Below, piece after piece: positions 46,965 to 60,368 of a DNA stretch of 64,000 nt. Below the pieces are notes generated by a model that was not told the DNA's origin, made no database searches, and saw only the letters and a list, made by a program, of their open reading frames with translations. Position numbers and translations under genes: made by a program. The stretch is from Trypethelium eluteriae (lineage: Eukaryota). Location: positions 1 through 64,000 of the forward strand of contig JAVECL010000028.1 in the NCBI GenBank assembly GCA_051942245.1. Reading direction: 5' to 3'. Positions within the stretch are counted from its first letter, which is position 1. Each line of letters begins with the position of its first letter.

Positions 46965-49054
46965 CTACATGACCGCACAGATCCCTTCACTAGTCGCAAC
47001 TACCTTCCTTGGCGGCTCTCGCATTCGTTGTCCTCCATAACCAGGCCCACTCGTTGCCATCAGAAACTCAAGTTCTTTTCCCCCTTTTCCCGATTTCCGA
47101 CCAGCACCTGCCATCCATGACATCATTGGCGTGACCTTTTTTTCCTTCTTGAGCCCCTTTACGGCGCCCGATTCCGGGACTACACCGGGACCCATCATCA
47201 GTCCATCAAGCGCTGATGGTCCGGCGGGACCAGGTCCCATTGGTGGCGGGGGTGGAGCCGGCGGTACAAATTTGTCCTTGCCTTTTTTGCTCTTGTTCTT
47301 TTTATGGGGTGCGGGCCCAACGTCCATAGCTAAAATGTCCGGTGGTAGCGCGCCTGGGGGCATCGCATTTGGGTCATGTTTGGGCTTTTCTTCTTCCATC
47401 GGCCATAGGTGCATCGTGATATTCCAATCGGGTTGGACGACGGTCTCCCAAACTTGCGGGAGGATAATTTCACCATTCGGGCCCATCAGATCGTAATGCC
47501 GCTCCTGCACATGATAGCCAATGATGTCGACATGTTCAAACGCTTGACAGATAAGTTCTTCCATACCCTATTCATACTATCAGCCCTTGTCCAGACGACG
47601 GTGGTTTGGCTATAATGCTATAACGACGAAAGAAGCAAACCATACCTTCCAGGTCTTGCAAAGGTGGAAAGGAAAAGAGAACTTCCTTCCCACCGCGTCC
47701 TTGAACTTAATTGGTTTTTCCTCCTTTGGTGCCGTGGCCGCTTCCAAATCCTTTTTTGCCTGCTCTGCATCTTTTGCGGCCTCCTCAGTAGCTTTTTTGG
47801 CCTCTTCCAATGCTTTATCGGCCTCCTCTTTCGTCTTCTTCGCTTCCTCTTCAGCTTTTGTCTCAGCTTCCTTTCTCGCATTCGATGCAGCTGCCTCCAA
47901 CGCTGCAGCAGCCTCTTCCGCCTTCTTCTTTGCCTCAGCTTGTGCTTGTTCCTTTGCGCGAACTTCTTCTTCGCGCTTGATGCGGTCTTCCTCCATCTTT
48001 TGGAGCAGTTCCTTCAGCTCTTTATACTCTGAATCATCTTTCTTCTCTGGAGGAGGGGGTGGTGGTGGCGGTGGTGGGGCAGCGGCAGGTGCGGGTGCAG
48101 CTGCAGTGACAGGAACTTGTGCAGCTTTAGGCGGGGAGGGTGTGTGGCGGGGAGGAGGGTATGGATGCCATTGGGGTGGCATTTGTGGAATGTATTGTGG
48201 ATATGGCACCATGTCCATATCCTGTGGGTAGACAGAGTACATGGAGTGACGATGAGGGGGATGTGGACGGCCGTAGGCACGCTCGCGTGGTGGTGGTGGT
48301 GGGGCATAGGGGGCATCATAAAACGCGCCAGGACCTGTAGATAGGGATGAGGCAACGCCAGAGAAAGGGTGATTACTTGGGGCAAAAGGATTACCTCCAT
48401 AGCCGTATGGATCTTGCGCAGAAGTTAGGAGACGTGGCTCAGGCGGGACCATGAATGGGTTCTCGAGGGGACTAGGATATCTGCCGAAAGACATGGCGCT
48501 TGCTGCAGTCGATGGGAGATGCGCAACGTTTTGCCACTCGGGCGAAGGATGATGAGATGGATACGGCGCTCGTGGGGGAGGCCCAGGTGCATAATCGTCC
48601 GGGTAACCGAAAGCCTCTGGATCCGGCGGCGAGTTATGCGGGCGAGGCGGTGGATGGGGAGCAGGCGCTGGTCGATGTGGGATGGATGTGTGGTGACGAG
48701 GGGGTGCACGTTGAGAATGTCGTCGTCGTGGCGGATGAGGGTGGTCGACGTGGGGCAAGTTTTGGCTTGAATGCCTTGGTGAGGTTCGCGGTCGCGAGGC
48801 AGAGTCCGAAGGTTCGATTTCGTCTACAAAGTCATAGTCCCCTCCGACCGAATCTGAGTCGCGGCTACCCGACGAAATGTGGATACCAGTATCCTCTGAC
48901 TCCTCCTCCTCTGATGCGGAAGCAGCGCGCTCCGAACCAGTCGTTTGACGGACGGTTATTCGCGTTCTTCTGTTGCCCGCGAGGTCAGCATGCTGAGCCT
49001 TCGTCCCATGACGTGATGGAGGGGAACAGCGACTGAGGAATGTACTTACGACAT
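46965..49054 (-). CDS. Pro-rich/coiled-coil protein with a fungal ubiquitin-like domain and C-terminal CaaX motif
   Basis: A 5-nt first exon (ATGTC|GTAAGT), with introns at 48970-49049 and ~47568-47645. Domain KPIKFKDAVGRKFSFPFHLCKTWKGMEELICQAF...HYDLMGPNGEIILPQVWETVVQPDWNITMHLWP; the protein ends GICAVM*. Confidence 0.8.
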
Positions 49055-51462
49055 CAAGGAAGCCCAAACCAAGGAATTATCCCACTAAGGCCCGTTCTGC
49101 TAAGAAGCAGGCCTAGTGAAGATAACCTCGTAGCAGTGCCAGCGTGAAGATGGCCGTGTCTTTCTCCAAAATCTGTCGCACCTCGAGTGTGGGTAATGGG
49201 TAAGGTGTGGATTGTGTTGGGCAGCGGTTGCTGCGGGAGCCGGTCGCTTAGCTGAGGAGGGGAGAACCGGATCGCTGGGTCAACACCGCAACGAAGTCTC
49301 CACGCCTGAGATCTCAATGCGAATGCAATGGAGAAATGTGCGGTCAGTGGATCGGGCTCAAAAATGAAAATCTTTAGGGAAAGACAGATGGCGCGTGGAT
49401 GAGAACAAGGTTGGAAGTTCGCTGGATCTAGCCCTGTTTCGAGCTGAGGCGGCCAGAAACAGCCGACGTCAGGCTTCCAGAAGAAAAAAAAAAACGATGC
49501 AAGGCCCGAAGTCGCAGATCAGCTAGACGCAGACGCCAGATGCGACGAGCAACAAGCAAGAAGACGTTTCCGACTCGCGCGAAGAGGCTTGCAATTGGGA
49601 GAGAAAGCGATGGCACAGGGCTTGTTTGGGTACGGTCGAATTGGAATGAGGGGCCGGCGCGGAGCAGAGGGAAACGGAGAGGGCCGCCGTCTTATGCGCT
49701 GGCACACGCCCACACTGCTGACGATAAAACCGCACGAGGAGGGGTAGGAGCCGATAGGGTAGGATTGGCGATGCAATGGATGTGGATGCCTGGAGATCCC
49801 TCCCCGACGGCTTGGCCTTTACGGATGATATCGTCCAGTAGTGACGGGACCGGGACCTAGATCGATGAGGGGGTAGATCAATCCGCGCGTTTAGCTCGAG
49901 ATGAATCAGCGGGAAACTACCTGAGCGAGCGGTCGAGATCAATAGTCAGGCCGAGATTTTTTTAGCTAACAGCAATTTGGGCTGCCATATCCGGACATTA
50001 GGCGTTGATATTACTTTTCAGGACTGGGATCCGTGGTGCAGCGAGATTTAGGCAACGCCTAAGTAATGACAGATGATGAGTTTGGAAAGCAGGAAGCAAG
50101 AGAATGGTGGTCTTGTAAGTAGCGACGCGATGGGAACAGAGTAACTTGCATTCCGGCCAAGAACGACCAGTGGCAATCGTTCTAGACACGATCATACGTG
50201 TGAGCATGCTGCAAGGCAAGACCCGCCTCTCATATTCTAGTCTATAGATCCACGAGCCTGGTAACAATCACCCCATAGGCTTCTCCTCGGCTTGCTAGCA
50301 GATGCAGGATACTCGGTCAATGGCTATCCTCTCCCGTGGCGCTCGGCACACGCGATCGAAAAGGAAAAAGAGACTACCTCTCCATCCATTCGGCGACTCC
50401 ACGTCGACGGGAAAGTGGCAAAACTGCTGTGGTACTCGAAACATGACCGATTGATGCAATCATCGTACACTAGAATGCCGCTTACAGTGGATCCTGCCTT
50501 TGACTGGTTCCAAATCTGCCAAATCACAAACGTTGAATACAAGGCAGACGCTGCAAGAGCGGATGCAGCTTCGACCGCCAATAAAACCACCGGTCCCACC
50601 TTCATTGCATCTGTTGAGCCTCAATTCTTGGCCGTGGTATTCCTGCGTGGGCAGCTTTTTCTTGAACCGGCATTGCTTGGGAGTGCGGTTGGGCCGCTGC
50701 TGGTCCCCTCGACTATTGCCGTACAAGCCCAATAGTATGGGACTGATGACTTCCAAGGAGGCGGTGAGGAAGAGCTACTGGCGCTATCCACGTGTCTTGG
50801 GATCCTGAAAACTTCCAAGTTCCTAAGGTAAGATACAACCCAACTACGCGGGAACTTCCTCTAGCGTTGGGCGTTGATGGATTACTCGTGGCCTTTGACG
50901 CATGGGTCCATAGGAAAACGAACCTGAGATCAAAAGTAGTGTTGTAGACAGTAGGAAATACTAGGCAGACTATGGTTTCTCTACGAGACGAGACCAACAG
51001 AAGTATGGTAGCATCGAAAGAAGAGCACCGCAGGATGGGAAGTCGATTTTTCTATCATGTTCCCAGTATCATTATGTTACAAGAGAATCCCCGGCTGCGC
51101 TGTGTCCCTGGTAATTCAGGGCTGAGTCGGTCAAGAGGCCATCCTAGAATGTGGAGGACAGCCAAATCCTCGCTTGCAGAATATGCCTCCCAATGACAAA
51201 GCGTGGTGAGAGGATCTTGCCTCATCACTTTTCTTCAGACGCCCACCCAATGCGATTATGCACGACACATTCGTGATCCTCCCCCTGCCGAAACCACTTG
51301 AACAAAGAAGAAATTCCTCGAGCCAAACGACTCACATGTATGATGCACGCAAGCCATCGTATAAACCGCAGGATGCACGAGCGATTATGGAAGCGCACTC
51401 CTTGCATGGAGAGAGAAGAAAACCAGGGTCATGAGAAGGGCAGCAAGACTGCAGAGTACTCG

Positions 51463-54400
51463 TCAATTGAGGAATCCCTTGCAGCCCACGGAACCACACA
51501 AGCATGGAATCCGATCATCGCTTCCAATTTCACGCTCGAACTTGTAGTCATACGTGAGCTCCTCGTCTGTGGACCATGTAAGCAAAAATCTGGGGACTAC
51601 CAGAGGGCTAGAAGAAAATTTGAAGTTGGGGGACTTACGTTTGGCTATATCCCTCAAGGCATAGATCACAATTCTCTTCCCTCCGTCCACCTTGATAATC
51701 TTGGCCGTGCAATTCGGTGTGCAGCTATGATTGATGAATCTTGCAATCCCTCCTTTCTTCGTCGCATCGACAATCGTATCCTCATCGATGCGAAATAAAT
51801 ACGAGCTGCCGATGCCCTGCTTTGTGTACCTGATCTCCCGCAGATCCGCGACCCGTTGCCGTACCTTCTCGCCCACGTACTCGATGATCATGTCGTTGGC
51901 CGTGATCGGCTCCTCGGCGTACAGGCCCCAGTTGTGGATAGCAGATCGGTCGAACTTGACAAGCTTCTTCCGCTTCTTAAGCTGATTGAAGCGCATCGCG
52001 TCGCCACCCTCGAGCGAGAGGGTCTGCTTTTGCGTGTTGATATCATTGACGAGGCGCCGGTTGTTGACCCGGTTCTGGCGGGAGGTAGTAGCGGGTGCCG
52101 TTTTGGCCGATAAGGCGAATTTGGTGCCCGATGTCACTTCGGAGGAAGGATCCTTCTTGGCTTTGGCGATACGCTCTTCTCGTTCGCGTTGGACGCGGAG
52201 ACGATGGGGGAGGTATTTGCTCTTTTCGGATTCGAGAATCTTCTTGACGGGTTCAGTGCGTGCACAGCCTGAAGGATTGGCGAGATAGTAGCCTTGGATG
52301 GCAGGCTCGGAGTGAACGATGCCATGCTTTCCACCGTTGTTGAGTGCCTTAAGATCCTTCTGTCTGTAGGCCCAAAGGTGCGCATCACCAACCCTTGATC
52401 GCGGCTCATGACCGAGGACCTTTTTGAGAAGCTGGAAATCCTCATCATCCTGAAGAACGTTTTGCCAGCCAGCCACATCAAAGATTACACCAACGTTATC
52501 TTCAACCGTCCTACGGGGCTTCCCTGTTGATAATCCCCATGCGACTTCGGCTCGTTGTTCATCTTGGACTTCGTTCAATTTTTCAATTTTCTCGATCTCT
52601 GCTTCAGCTGCCTCTGCTTGCTGGGCTTTGGCGTCGAGCTCTTCTTCACCTCCTTGTAGAAGGTTCTTGGTAGATTTTTCGGTCTCCAAGGCTTCTTTCT
52701 CCTCCAAGATTTGCTTCTTCGACTTCTTCTTGGGCTTCGCCTTAGCTTTCGTTTTGGCAGCTGGGTTTTGTTCTTCCTCTTCAAGATTCCCTTCGTCCAA
52801 GGTGATTTCCACAGTCGGCATGATTTGATCTTCCTCCTTTGGCGAGGGTGTTTCCCGTTTTATATTGAACAAGACATCATCCTTTTCAGTCCGCCTCCTG
52901 AAAACTAATTCTGTTTTGACGCTCTTGTATAGCTTCGTGCTTGCCGGTATCAGCTTGGTAACCATGTCAAGTTCCGGTATCGACATGTCCTCTGGTTCTT
53001 TGTGAAGGAGGTGCCCAAGAGCTTGTCGGTACCCTGCCTCGATAGAATCGGCCTCATCTTGATCCCAAGAATGGTCATTACTATGCGCGAGCTTACGGCG
53101 CTTGGTCGCAGGAGTGTCCACTGTGTCATCGTCGATCGTAAGTGGAGTCGATGTTCGACTGACTCGGCTAAGGGGTCGGCTGTCATCACCAGTCATTGAT
53201 GTCTTCTGTTCATCATCGGAATCTTCATCATCTCTATACATGTCTTGCAGGCGATGATGCAGTGACCGATTCTGAGTAGGCCGAGGAGCACGAACTTTCC
53301 GCCGTTCGTCTAGGAATGCGTTCTGAGGCTCTACTGGTCTTTTGATGCGCCTGGCATTGAGGTCGTAGGAGGATAGAGGTTTCCGGCCTGGACCACTGTA
53401 ACCGTGTGCAGATTTGGGCGTACTCGGCGTCTCTGTACCTGTAGGGAAGATAAATCCCGGCGGGCGTGTATTCTCGTTTTCGTTAGGATCTGAAATGCCA
53501 AGTTTGCGTCTCTTGTCAACGTGTCGAGCAGGATCCAAACAGTCGAAGAGGAAGGGAATTGCAATTCTGGTCTTGATGTCGCCCATAAGCCTCTCTTTGA
53601 TCTCAGTTTTTAGCTGCTCTATAGTTCCCTTGACTGGATCCAGATCCTCTGCTCGTCGCCTCTTCTCGATCTCGAAATCGGCTTCTTCCTCTCTCCTCTG
53701 TCGTTCCTTTTCCTCCTTTTCTTTCTTGATTGCTATTGCGCGTTCCGGCGTCGGGCTTCGCTCGTAATCAGGATTGCCATACTGATGACATTCCATATTC
53801 ATGATGTAATTGAAAAGAAGGGTCATGTTGCACTCTTCAAAGCATCGGACTGCCTCCTTCTCACCACGCGCAGAGTCGTCAAAGATCAAGTAGTAGCCAG
53901 ACTTGTCACAACGCGTTTCCCGTACGTCATAAGCCCTCATCCTCCTCTGCAAGTGTACGATTGTTGTTCCCATCACTGGCACGTAGCAATTCGCAATAAA
54001 GATATAAGGCTTCCTCTTGATTTTGTTCAACACTAAATCCGACTCAACCAGTGCGGCTTCCGGCTTGGTTGGGGGTGCTACTCGTGGGCCTAGTGGCGTC
54101 GCACTGGGCGGAATGCTGCTTGCAGGTCTTCCTGATGGGCCCCTAGGAGCATTCGCAGGAGGGGTGGAAACCTCTGAGGGGGTTGGAGGCGGTTCGGATA
54201 TCTTGCTGGGTATTGGAGGAGGGGGTGGAGCGTGCTTTTCGTGTCTTTCGCGTTCGGCTCTTTGCCTCCTGATGATACTATCCATGTGTCGCTTCGTCTT
54301 CCTACCCTCCCGATCACGCTCAACTCTGATATTGAGATAGCCGATTCTCTGGCCGCTCCCCTCTTTCTCTGCCCTTGATGCCGCTTTGTCTGCTGTGGTG

Positions 54401-55484
54401 CGTATCTTACTCATTGGACTGCTATCACGGTAACGAACCAAGCAAATGCCGAGCGGACTGCCTGTCGCGGGGTTGCTCTTGATCTGAACCTCTCCAACAT
54501 CGCCGTATTGGGCCATGAATACTTTAATTTGTGACTCTGTAACAGTGAGGGGGTCAAAGCCAGTGACGCAGACTTGAGTCGCTGGACCAGGACCGATTGA
54601 TAGAACCGGGTCAAACTTGTATTTGATGGCCACAAGTGAGTCTTTTCGATACAGGCCGTCTTTGTAACCGGCAAAGGCTTCTCTTGGATCCGGGGTTGGC
54701 ACCCGTTCCTGTCGAGTCTCAGTCAGCGCCGCATTGTGCAGTTTAGAGAGCGCTACTGTTGGATACAGGAAGAGTGAAGACATACCTCCTGCATGACAAA
54801 AGTTCTGTATTTGACCTTAGACTTCTTTCTTTGCTCTCGCGTGAGCCCATCGGCCGTTTCTGGGTCAAAGTGGATTTTGAAGCCCCTCGCTTCGCCCATG
54901 CCAGGTTGCGCGGTTCGCCTGGATTCGGGGGGGGTGTCAGCAGGAGTAATAGTGCTGGGAGCATGGTTCAGTATTTCTGCCTCCGCCGGCACGCCGGTCG
55001 GCGGGCTCTGGTCCATATGTGTTACACCATTCGGAAGCTTTGGTTGTATTGGACTGCCGATTTTCTCTGGTGGAGACGACTCTGTATTTGTTAAAGGTGT
55101 TAGGGCGTGCGCTCCCAGGGCAGCACCGTGGCCGTGGGAAGAATGGTGATGGTAGGGATTACTAAAAACTGAAGAAGTAGTGCTAGCAAGGGAGCTTGCT
55201 GATCCAACGCCGTTCAAGATGTCGCCTGATTCTGACGAACGGATTTCATCGTCTTCGCGAGCGCTATGTCCAGGGGCGGAGGCTCGTTCAATCGATCTTG
55301 CCTCAGAGACGGCGACAGCAAGCGTGGTGCCACCGGCAACCGTCGACCTCGAGGTGTTGTCCAAAGCGGGTGACTTTGAAGGCGCTTTGATGACTTCGGA
55401 AGAGCTTCTCTTTCGCTTCTTCTCCAGCACAGAGGGCGCATTGGGGAAAAAGGCTGCAAAGCTGCCCGCAGATGCGCGTGACAT
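51463..55484 (-). CDS. SET1: Histone H3K4 methyltransferase Set1 (COMPASS catalytic subunit)
   Basis: RRM region and n-SET GCARTE, then SET domain [25 protein letters not shown]...IIEYVGE...[14 protein letters not shown]...ELTYDYKF and post-[16 protein letters not shown]. Introns at 54709-54785 and ~51569-51640. Confidence 0.97.
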
Positions 55485-57881
55485 ACTACGCTCCTACCTC
55501 AATCTCTTCACCTTCCAAACTACCATCGCCGGTGTCCGGATATTTGAGGTTGTCCTCGTGAGTTGAGTTGGAAGGGGTGGGTGCTTGTAGCCGACTGTCG
55601 TAAGTGAAAAGTGTCGCAACGTCAGAAAACGCGGGTGCGGGAGGGGAATGATCCACAACGCGAACGAGGCACGTTGCGGCGATTCTGGGGAATCGTTGGG
55701 ATAAAGTCGCGCCGCGAGGCGACAACACGACGACTGAGGATTGGGCGAAGTGCAGAGATGAAGAGTCAAGTGGCGGTATGGGGTGGAGAAGTGAATTGGA
55801 AGTTGGTGGATTGTTCACATTCTTGCCGAGAGTCAGTGAGCTGGAGGCGACCAGGGCGACCCCTTGAGAACCGCTGAATGGGATTTTAGTGGATACTCCC
55901 TCCGCAACCGTTCATCGCCATCCTCCATCTAATCAACTTTTCTCCGTCTTCGCACTCCGAGACGTCAAATTCGTCCATGAAGTAATCGCGGCACGGCATA
56001 TTTTGATTGCGATTTGATTCAAATATCAACTACCTAGGTAAATTTGACTACCGCTCGCAGCTCCGTTTCTGGTCGCCGCTCCCAATCTAAGCCACCGCGA
56101 TCATTTTACAGATTTAATGTGCTCCGTACCTCAGATCGATATCCTTATAAAACTCTCACGGCTAGGCGGATTTGTCATTCAAGAATGATGTTGAAAAATT
56201 GATGAAGCAGGGCCGCTCGCGTATAAAGCTAGACTATCTTCAACCCGGTGTTTTCTCCGAACGATTTGTCGAATACCTTTGTGGCCGCCCATAAAAGTTG
56301 CTTGGATATGATTTTGCTGGCAGAGATTGTGAATATATCAAGGAGTCAAAATATCGGAACGAGGGACAGCAACTCTTGGCGCCTGGAGCCATATCCGTGG
56401 AGACTGCCATCAATACTGCACCATGCCCGAATTCGCCGTGTTTTCGACCCCGTATACGCTCGCGCTTGCCTTACTATAGCAATACGAGTGCGAAAAACTG
56501 CCACTGTCTGGAATCGTGCTGGTCTGGCAGCGACCAAGCGAGCCATACAGCGGGCAACAGCCTTTACGCTTCGTCGCTCTGTGGCGCCCTTTCTACTCTA
56601 CTGCTTCTTCGATTGCCTCTTGTTCGTTGCACTAGAGTAATGATACCAAAATTTCGGAAAACCTAGTGAGTTCAGCGCTGGCTCCTTGAGTTCTGTCCGT
56701 TTCCTCATTTCCCGCGTTCTTTCACATCGCTCAATGAGCCTTCATAACCAAGCTATCGGCATTCAATTCACGTCTTGTACCTCGAAACTGGCTGCTATGG
56801 CAGGGAGGAGTTGCATGCTACAATGGACAGATACCTACCATCTGCCCCCTAAATTCCCCTGCAACGGTCGAGCACAGATAAGAGGTCGCCAGAACGCCTA
56901 TGCAGGTACTTACTTCGGAAGATATCCATAGTAAATTTCTCCGTGATCATTGTCAGGTATACTGCAATGAATCACAGCGACACGATTGACTTACAATCAG
57001 TCTCTCCGCGCCTATCCGTATTTACGGTGACCGGAGTTTACTGGCCCAAGCTGGCGCTCCCAACTACCTCCGGAAATGTAGAAGCAACTGAAGCAATCTA
57101 AGATAAGGACCGTCCTTAGACTTCTTCTTACTCCTCACACCGCCATTGAAGGCGACTTCTTGACTTGTCTCTCCCCTTCTTCATTGCCGTTCTAGGACCA
57201 TGTTCCGATTCATCTCGCAGAGCCATGAACGCTCTTCTACTGGGACATGCTTGTACAGTCCTTCGCTTTTCTTCACAATAAATTTGCTCAGCCAGCCCCT
57301 CTTCCGGCGTTGCTCTACGGAGTGAGGGCCTTCGCGTGATATAAGCAGCTGGGTCTATTATAGAAAGACGAGAAAAGCAAACCTCTACTTCCCAAAAGCT
57401 GGTACGAATCGCGTCAGCAATGACATCTGAAACGAGCAATTCATATACCAATCCTTATAGGGGATATCTTGAAAGGAGTGGATCTCCCGGTTTCGGGTTG
57501 CCTTTGGAAACTCTGGATCTAATAACAACCAAGAGGCAAAGTCTTAATACTAGCCATATATTTTTGACATCTCTTGCCGTCGCTTTCTTCTTTTTTTCCT
57601 CCTTTCTTATGACTGATAAAAAGACTGCCTCGACTGACTGAGAAATGAGGCTCTTAGATGTCCTTGATGAATGTTGGGTGGTTGCCCTGAGCTGAATACG
57701 GAAACTGCCAACAAAGATAGCCATGATTTTACCGCAATGGGCCACGACCTTCAAATCGCATATCGATATCGTCCGGCTCAGAATTAAGCATGAAGCAGGT
57801 GGCGCATTTAGGTCTCATTATTTCCATGTAAACAGGGGGACGACTTGCCGAGCTGGCTAACGCTCTGCTGGCTTGGGAGGG

Positions 57882-57898
57882 CCGCGGACTTCCCGCGG
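57882..57898. promoter_or_regulatory. Paired CCGCGG element (candidate Zn2Cys6 site) in the MFS promoter
   Basis: CCGCGG-acttc-CCGCGG lies ~70 bp upstream of TATAAAA (~57970) and nearly matches the element at 60230. Confidence 0.6.
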
Positions 57899-58078
57899 AA
57901 CCCGTGTTCTTCGTCAGTCATTTGGCTGAGCTTTCAAGCATTGATCAAATCCCAAAAACACAATGGGCTATAAAACTTCAGGCCTCCTTCTTGATCTTTT
58001 CTATGACTTTCTGTCGCTGAGCCAGAGAGTTCATCCAACCTCATTTAGAAAACCTCTGCCAAATTTTGGAATTCTCCT

Positions 58079-59852
58079 ATGACGATGGCAACTGGGAAGG
58101 AACTCCCGTCCACAGCCTCTTCAACTTCAGTATCTACAACAGGAGAAAGTCGGCCTAATCACGATTCATCTCAATACGATGTCGAGAAACAGTCTGTCTA
58201 CGAAAATGATGCTTCGAGCGCTGCGGTTGCTACGGAACCGTGCAAGGACCCAAACATCGTGGATTGGGGTGGCCCAAATGATCCAGAGAATCCCATGAAC
58301 TGGTCCACGGTCAAGAAAGTCACAGCTATAGGCAATGTCTCACTCATCACGCTTCTATCGTATGTGTTCCTTCCAACTCAAATTTCCTCCAATTAACATC
58401 GAACAGTCCTCTCGCATCCACCATGATCTCACCTGCGACAGCCGACATTATGGCAACCTTTCACTCCACGGACGAAACTCTTGGCGCCTTTGTAACATCC
58501 GTCTATCTCCTCGGCTACGCCTTCGGGCCCTTGGTAATCGCTCCGCTCTCTGAAATCTTTGGTCGAGCAATCCTCTACAACGTCTGCAACTTCATCTTCT
58601 TGATTTTCAGCATTGCCTGTGCACTGTCCAATAATCTCAGTGCACTGATCGTTTTTCGCCTCCTGGCTGGAATTGGTGCAAGCTGTCCCATGACACTTGG
58701 GGCGGGAACGATCGCAGACATGATTCCGTTAGAGAAACGGGGGCTGGCCATGGCTGGTTATATAATGGGGCCATTGGTTGGACCTACTATTGGGCCACTG
58801 GGTGAGATTGCTTCGAGTTTTATCAACAGAACTTGACTGATAGTAAATAGCCGGTGGATACCTTGCTCAGGCCAAGGGTTGGCGATGGATTTTCTGGCTA
58901 TTATCTATACTTGTAAGTTTCTTCAAGTCTTTGAATTGGAAGGCCTGCGTAACGGCTAATAGACGTGACTGCAGGCCGGGTTTGTCTTCGTAGTAACCCT
59001 TCTGTTTGTGCGGGAGTCCTACGCATACGTGATCCTGAAACAAAAGACAGAGCGGTTGCGACGAGAAACAGGAAACCCAAACCTTCGATCGGCTCTTGAT
59101 ACTGGCAGCGGTTCCAAGGTGCTTTTTGAAACTTCTATCGTCCGACCCATCAAAATGCTCTTCCTCTCACCCATTGTTTTCCTCATTTCCCTTTATGCAG
59201 CGACGGTATACGGCTACTTGTACCTTATGTTTACAACGTTCCCCCGAGTCTTCGAAGGTCAATATGGCTTTGCAAGTGGTAGTGTCGGACTGACGTATCT
59301 GGGCGTTGGAATTGGAGCCTTCTTTGGCTTGGTGTTCTGCGGCGCAATCTCAGATCGGCTGGTGAAGTCCCTGACCAAACGCAACGGCGGGCCTCCGAAG
59401 CCAGAGTACCGACTTCCGGTCATGTTTGTTGGGGCTCTTCTCGTGCCCGTCGGCTTGTTCCTGTATGGTTGGTCAGCGGACAAGAAAGTTCACTGGGTCG
59501 TTCCGATCATTGGTACAGCATTCCTCGGTGCTGGGATGTTCATTATAACTGTAAGTTTTCTTGCATCTCGATTGTAGCTATGGCTTACCGTGAATAGATG
59601 GCGGCTTTGACCTACCTTGTTGATGCTTACACTACCTACGCTGCATCCGCATCCGCCGCAGCTACCGTGTTTCGCTCCCTTCTTGGGGCGCTGCTCCCTT
59701 TGGCGGGAGATAGCATGTACAATAGTTTTGGGCTTGGCTGGGGCACATCACTCTTAGGTTTTATTGCAGTGGCCTTCATTCCAGTCCCCCTTATCTTCTG
59801 GAAGTTCGGCGAGAGAATCCGTCAAAGCAAATTGTCAAAGGTCAAATTCTAA
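58079..59852 (+). CDS. MFS drug:H+ antiporter (DHA1 family)
   Basis: Motifs VDWGGPNDPENPMNWS..KK, GPLVIAPLSEIFGR, GAGTIADM, GPTIGPL, GWRW, RESYA and PEYRL; ~12 transmembrane segments and four introns. Confidence 0.95.
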
Positions 59853-60229
59853 CCAGATGTTAGAACGAGAGAGATCCCATAGAGGCGTAGCATAGAAGTA
59901 GACTGTACCAAGATACCGTAGAGAATATACAATCTCCACTTGTAATATTATACAAACGAAGTGCCCACTTCCACAATTAAGTCGTGAGGACATAGTGTAT
60001 CGATCTTTTCAGACACGATATGAGTTCTACTCCACATGATGTCGTGGGTACACTTAATGTCCAATTCAGCCCGACACGATCGATAGCCTTCCAAAATCAG
60101 CTCCACACAGCACTTGAATCTGGGAAAGTGATTAAAGTATGGTCGGATTGCCGCGGTGATGAATGATCAGATCTGGGCGTCCGTACTCCGTAATCCGGAA
60201 TCGGGGTCGCATGAGAGGCGGTCAAAGCG

Positions 60230-60246
60230 CCGCGGAAAGTCCGCGG
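60230..60246. promoter_or_regulatory. Paired CCGCGG element in the Zn2Cys6 transcription-factor promoter
   Basis: CCGCGG-aaagt-CCGCGG ~125 bp upstream of the ATG; a further single CCGCGG at 60151. Confidence 0.6.
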
Positions 60247-60368
60247 AGAGTCCGTGGCAACCCTTCACAGTCCCCAGACCTCGTACACAGTGATTACCTA
60301 GACAGCCGTGCATGGCTGTTGCGCTTTGCAAATGATTTTTCGATGTCCATGGAGTGTCCGTCGCAATA

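Noticed and set aside
50292..50735. 147-aa plus ORF and 93-aa minus ORF with a signal-peptide-like start (MKVGPVVLLAVEAASALA)
   Set aside because: The hydrophobic core is interrupted by Glu and there is no recognisable family or supporting gene signals. Left uncalled; RNA-seq could overturn this.
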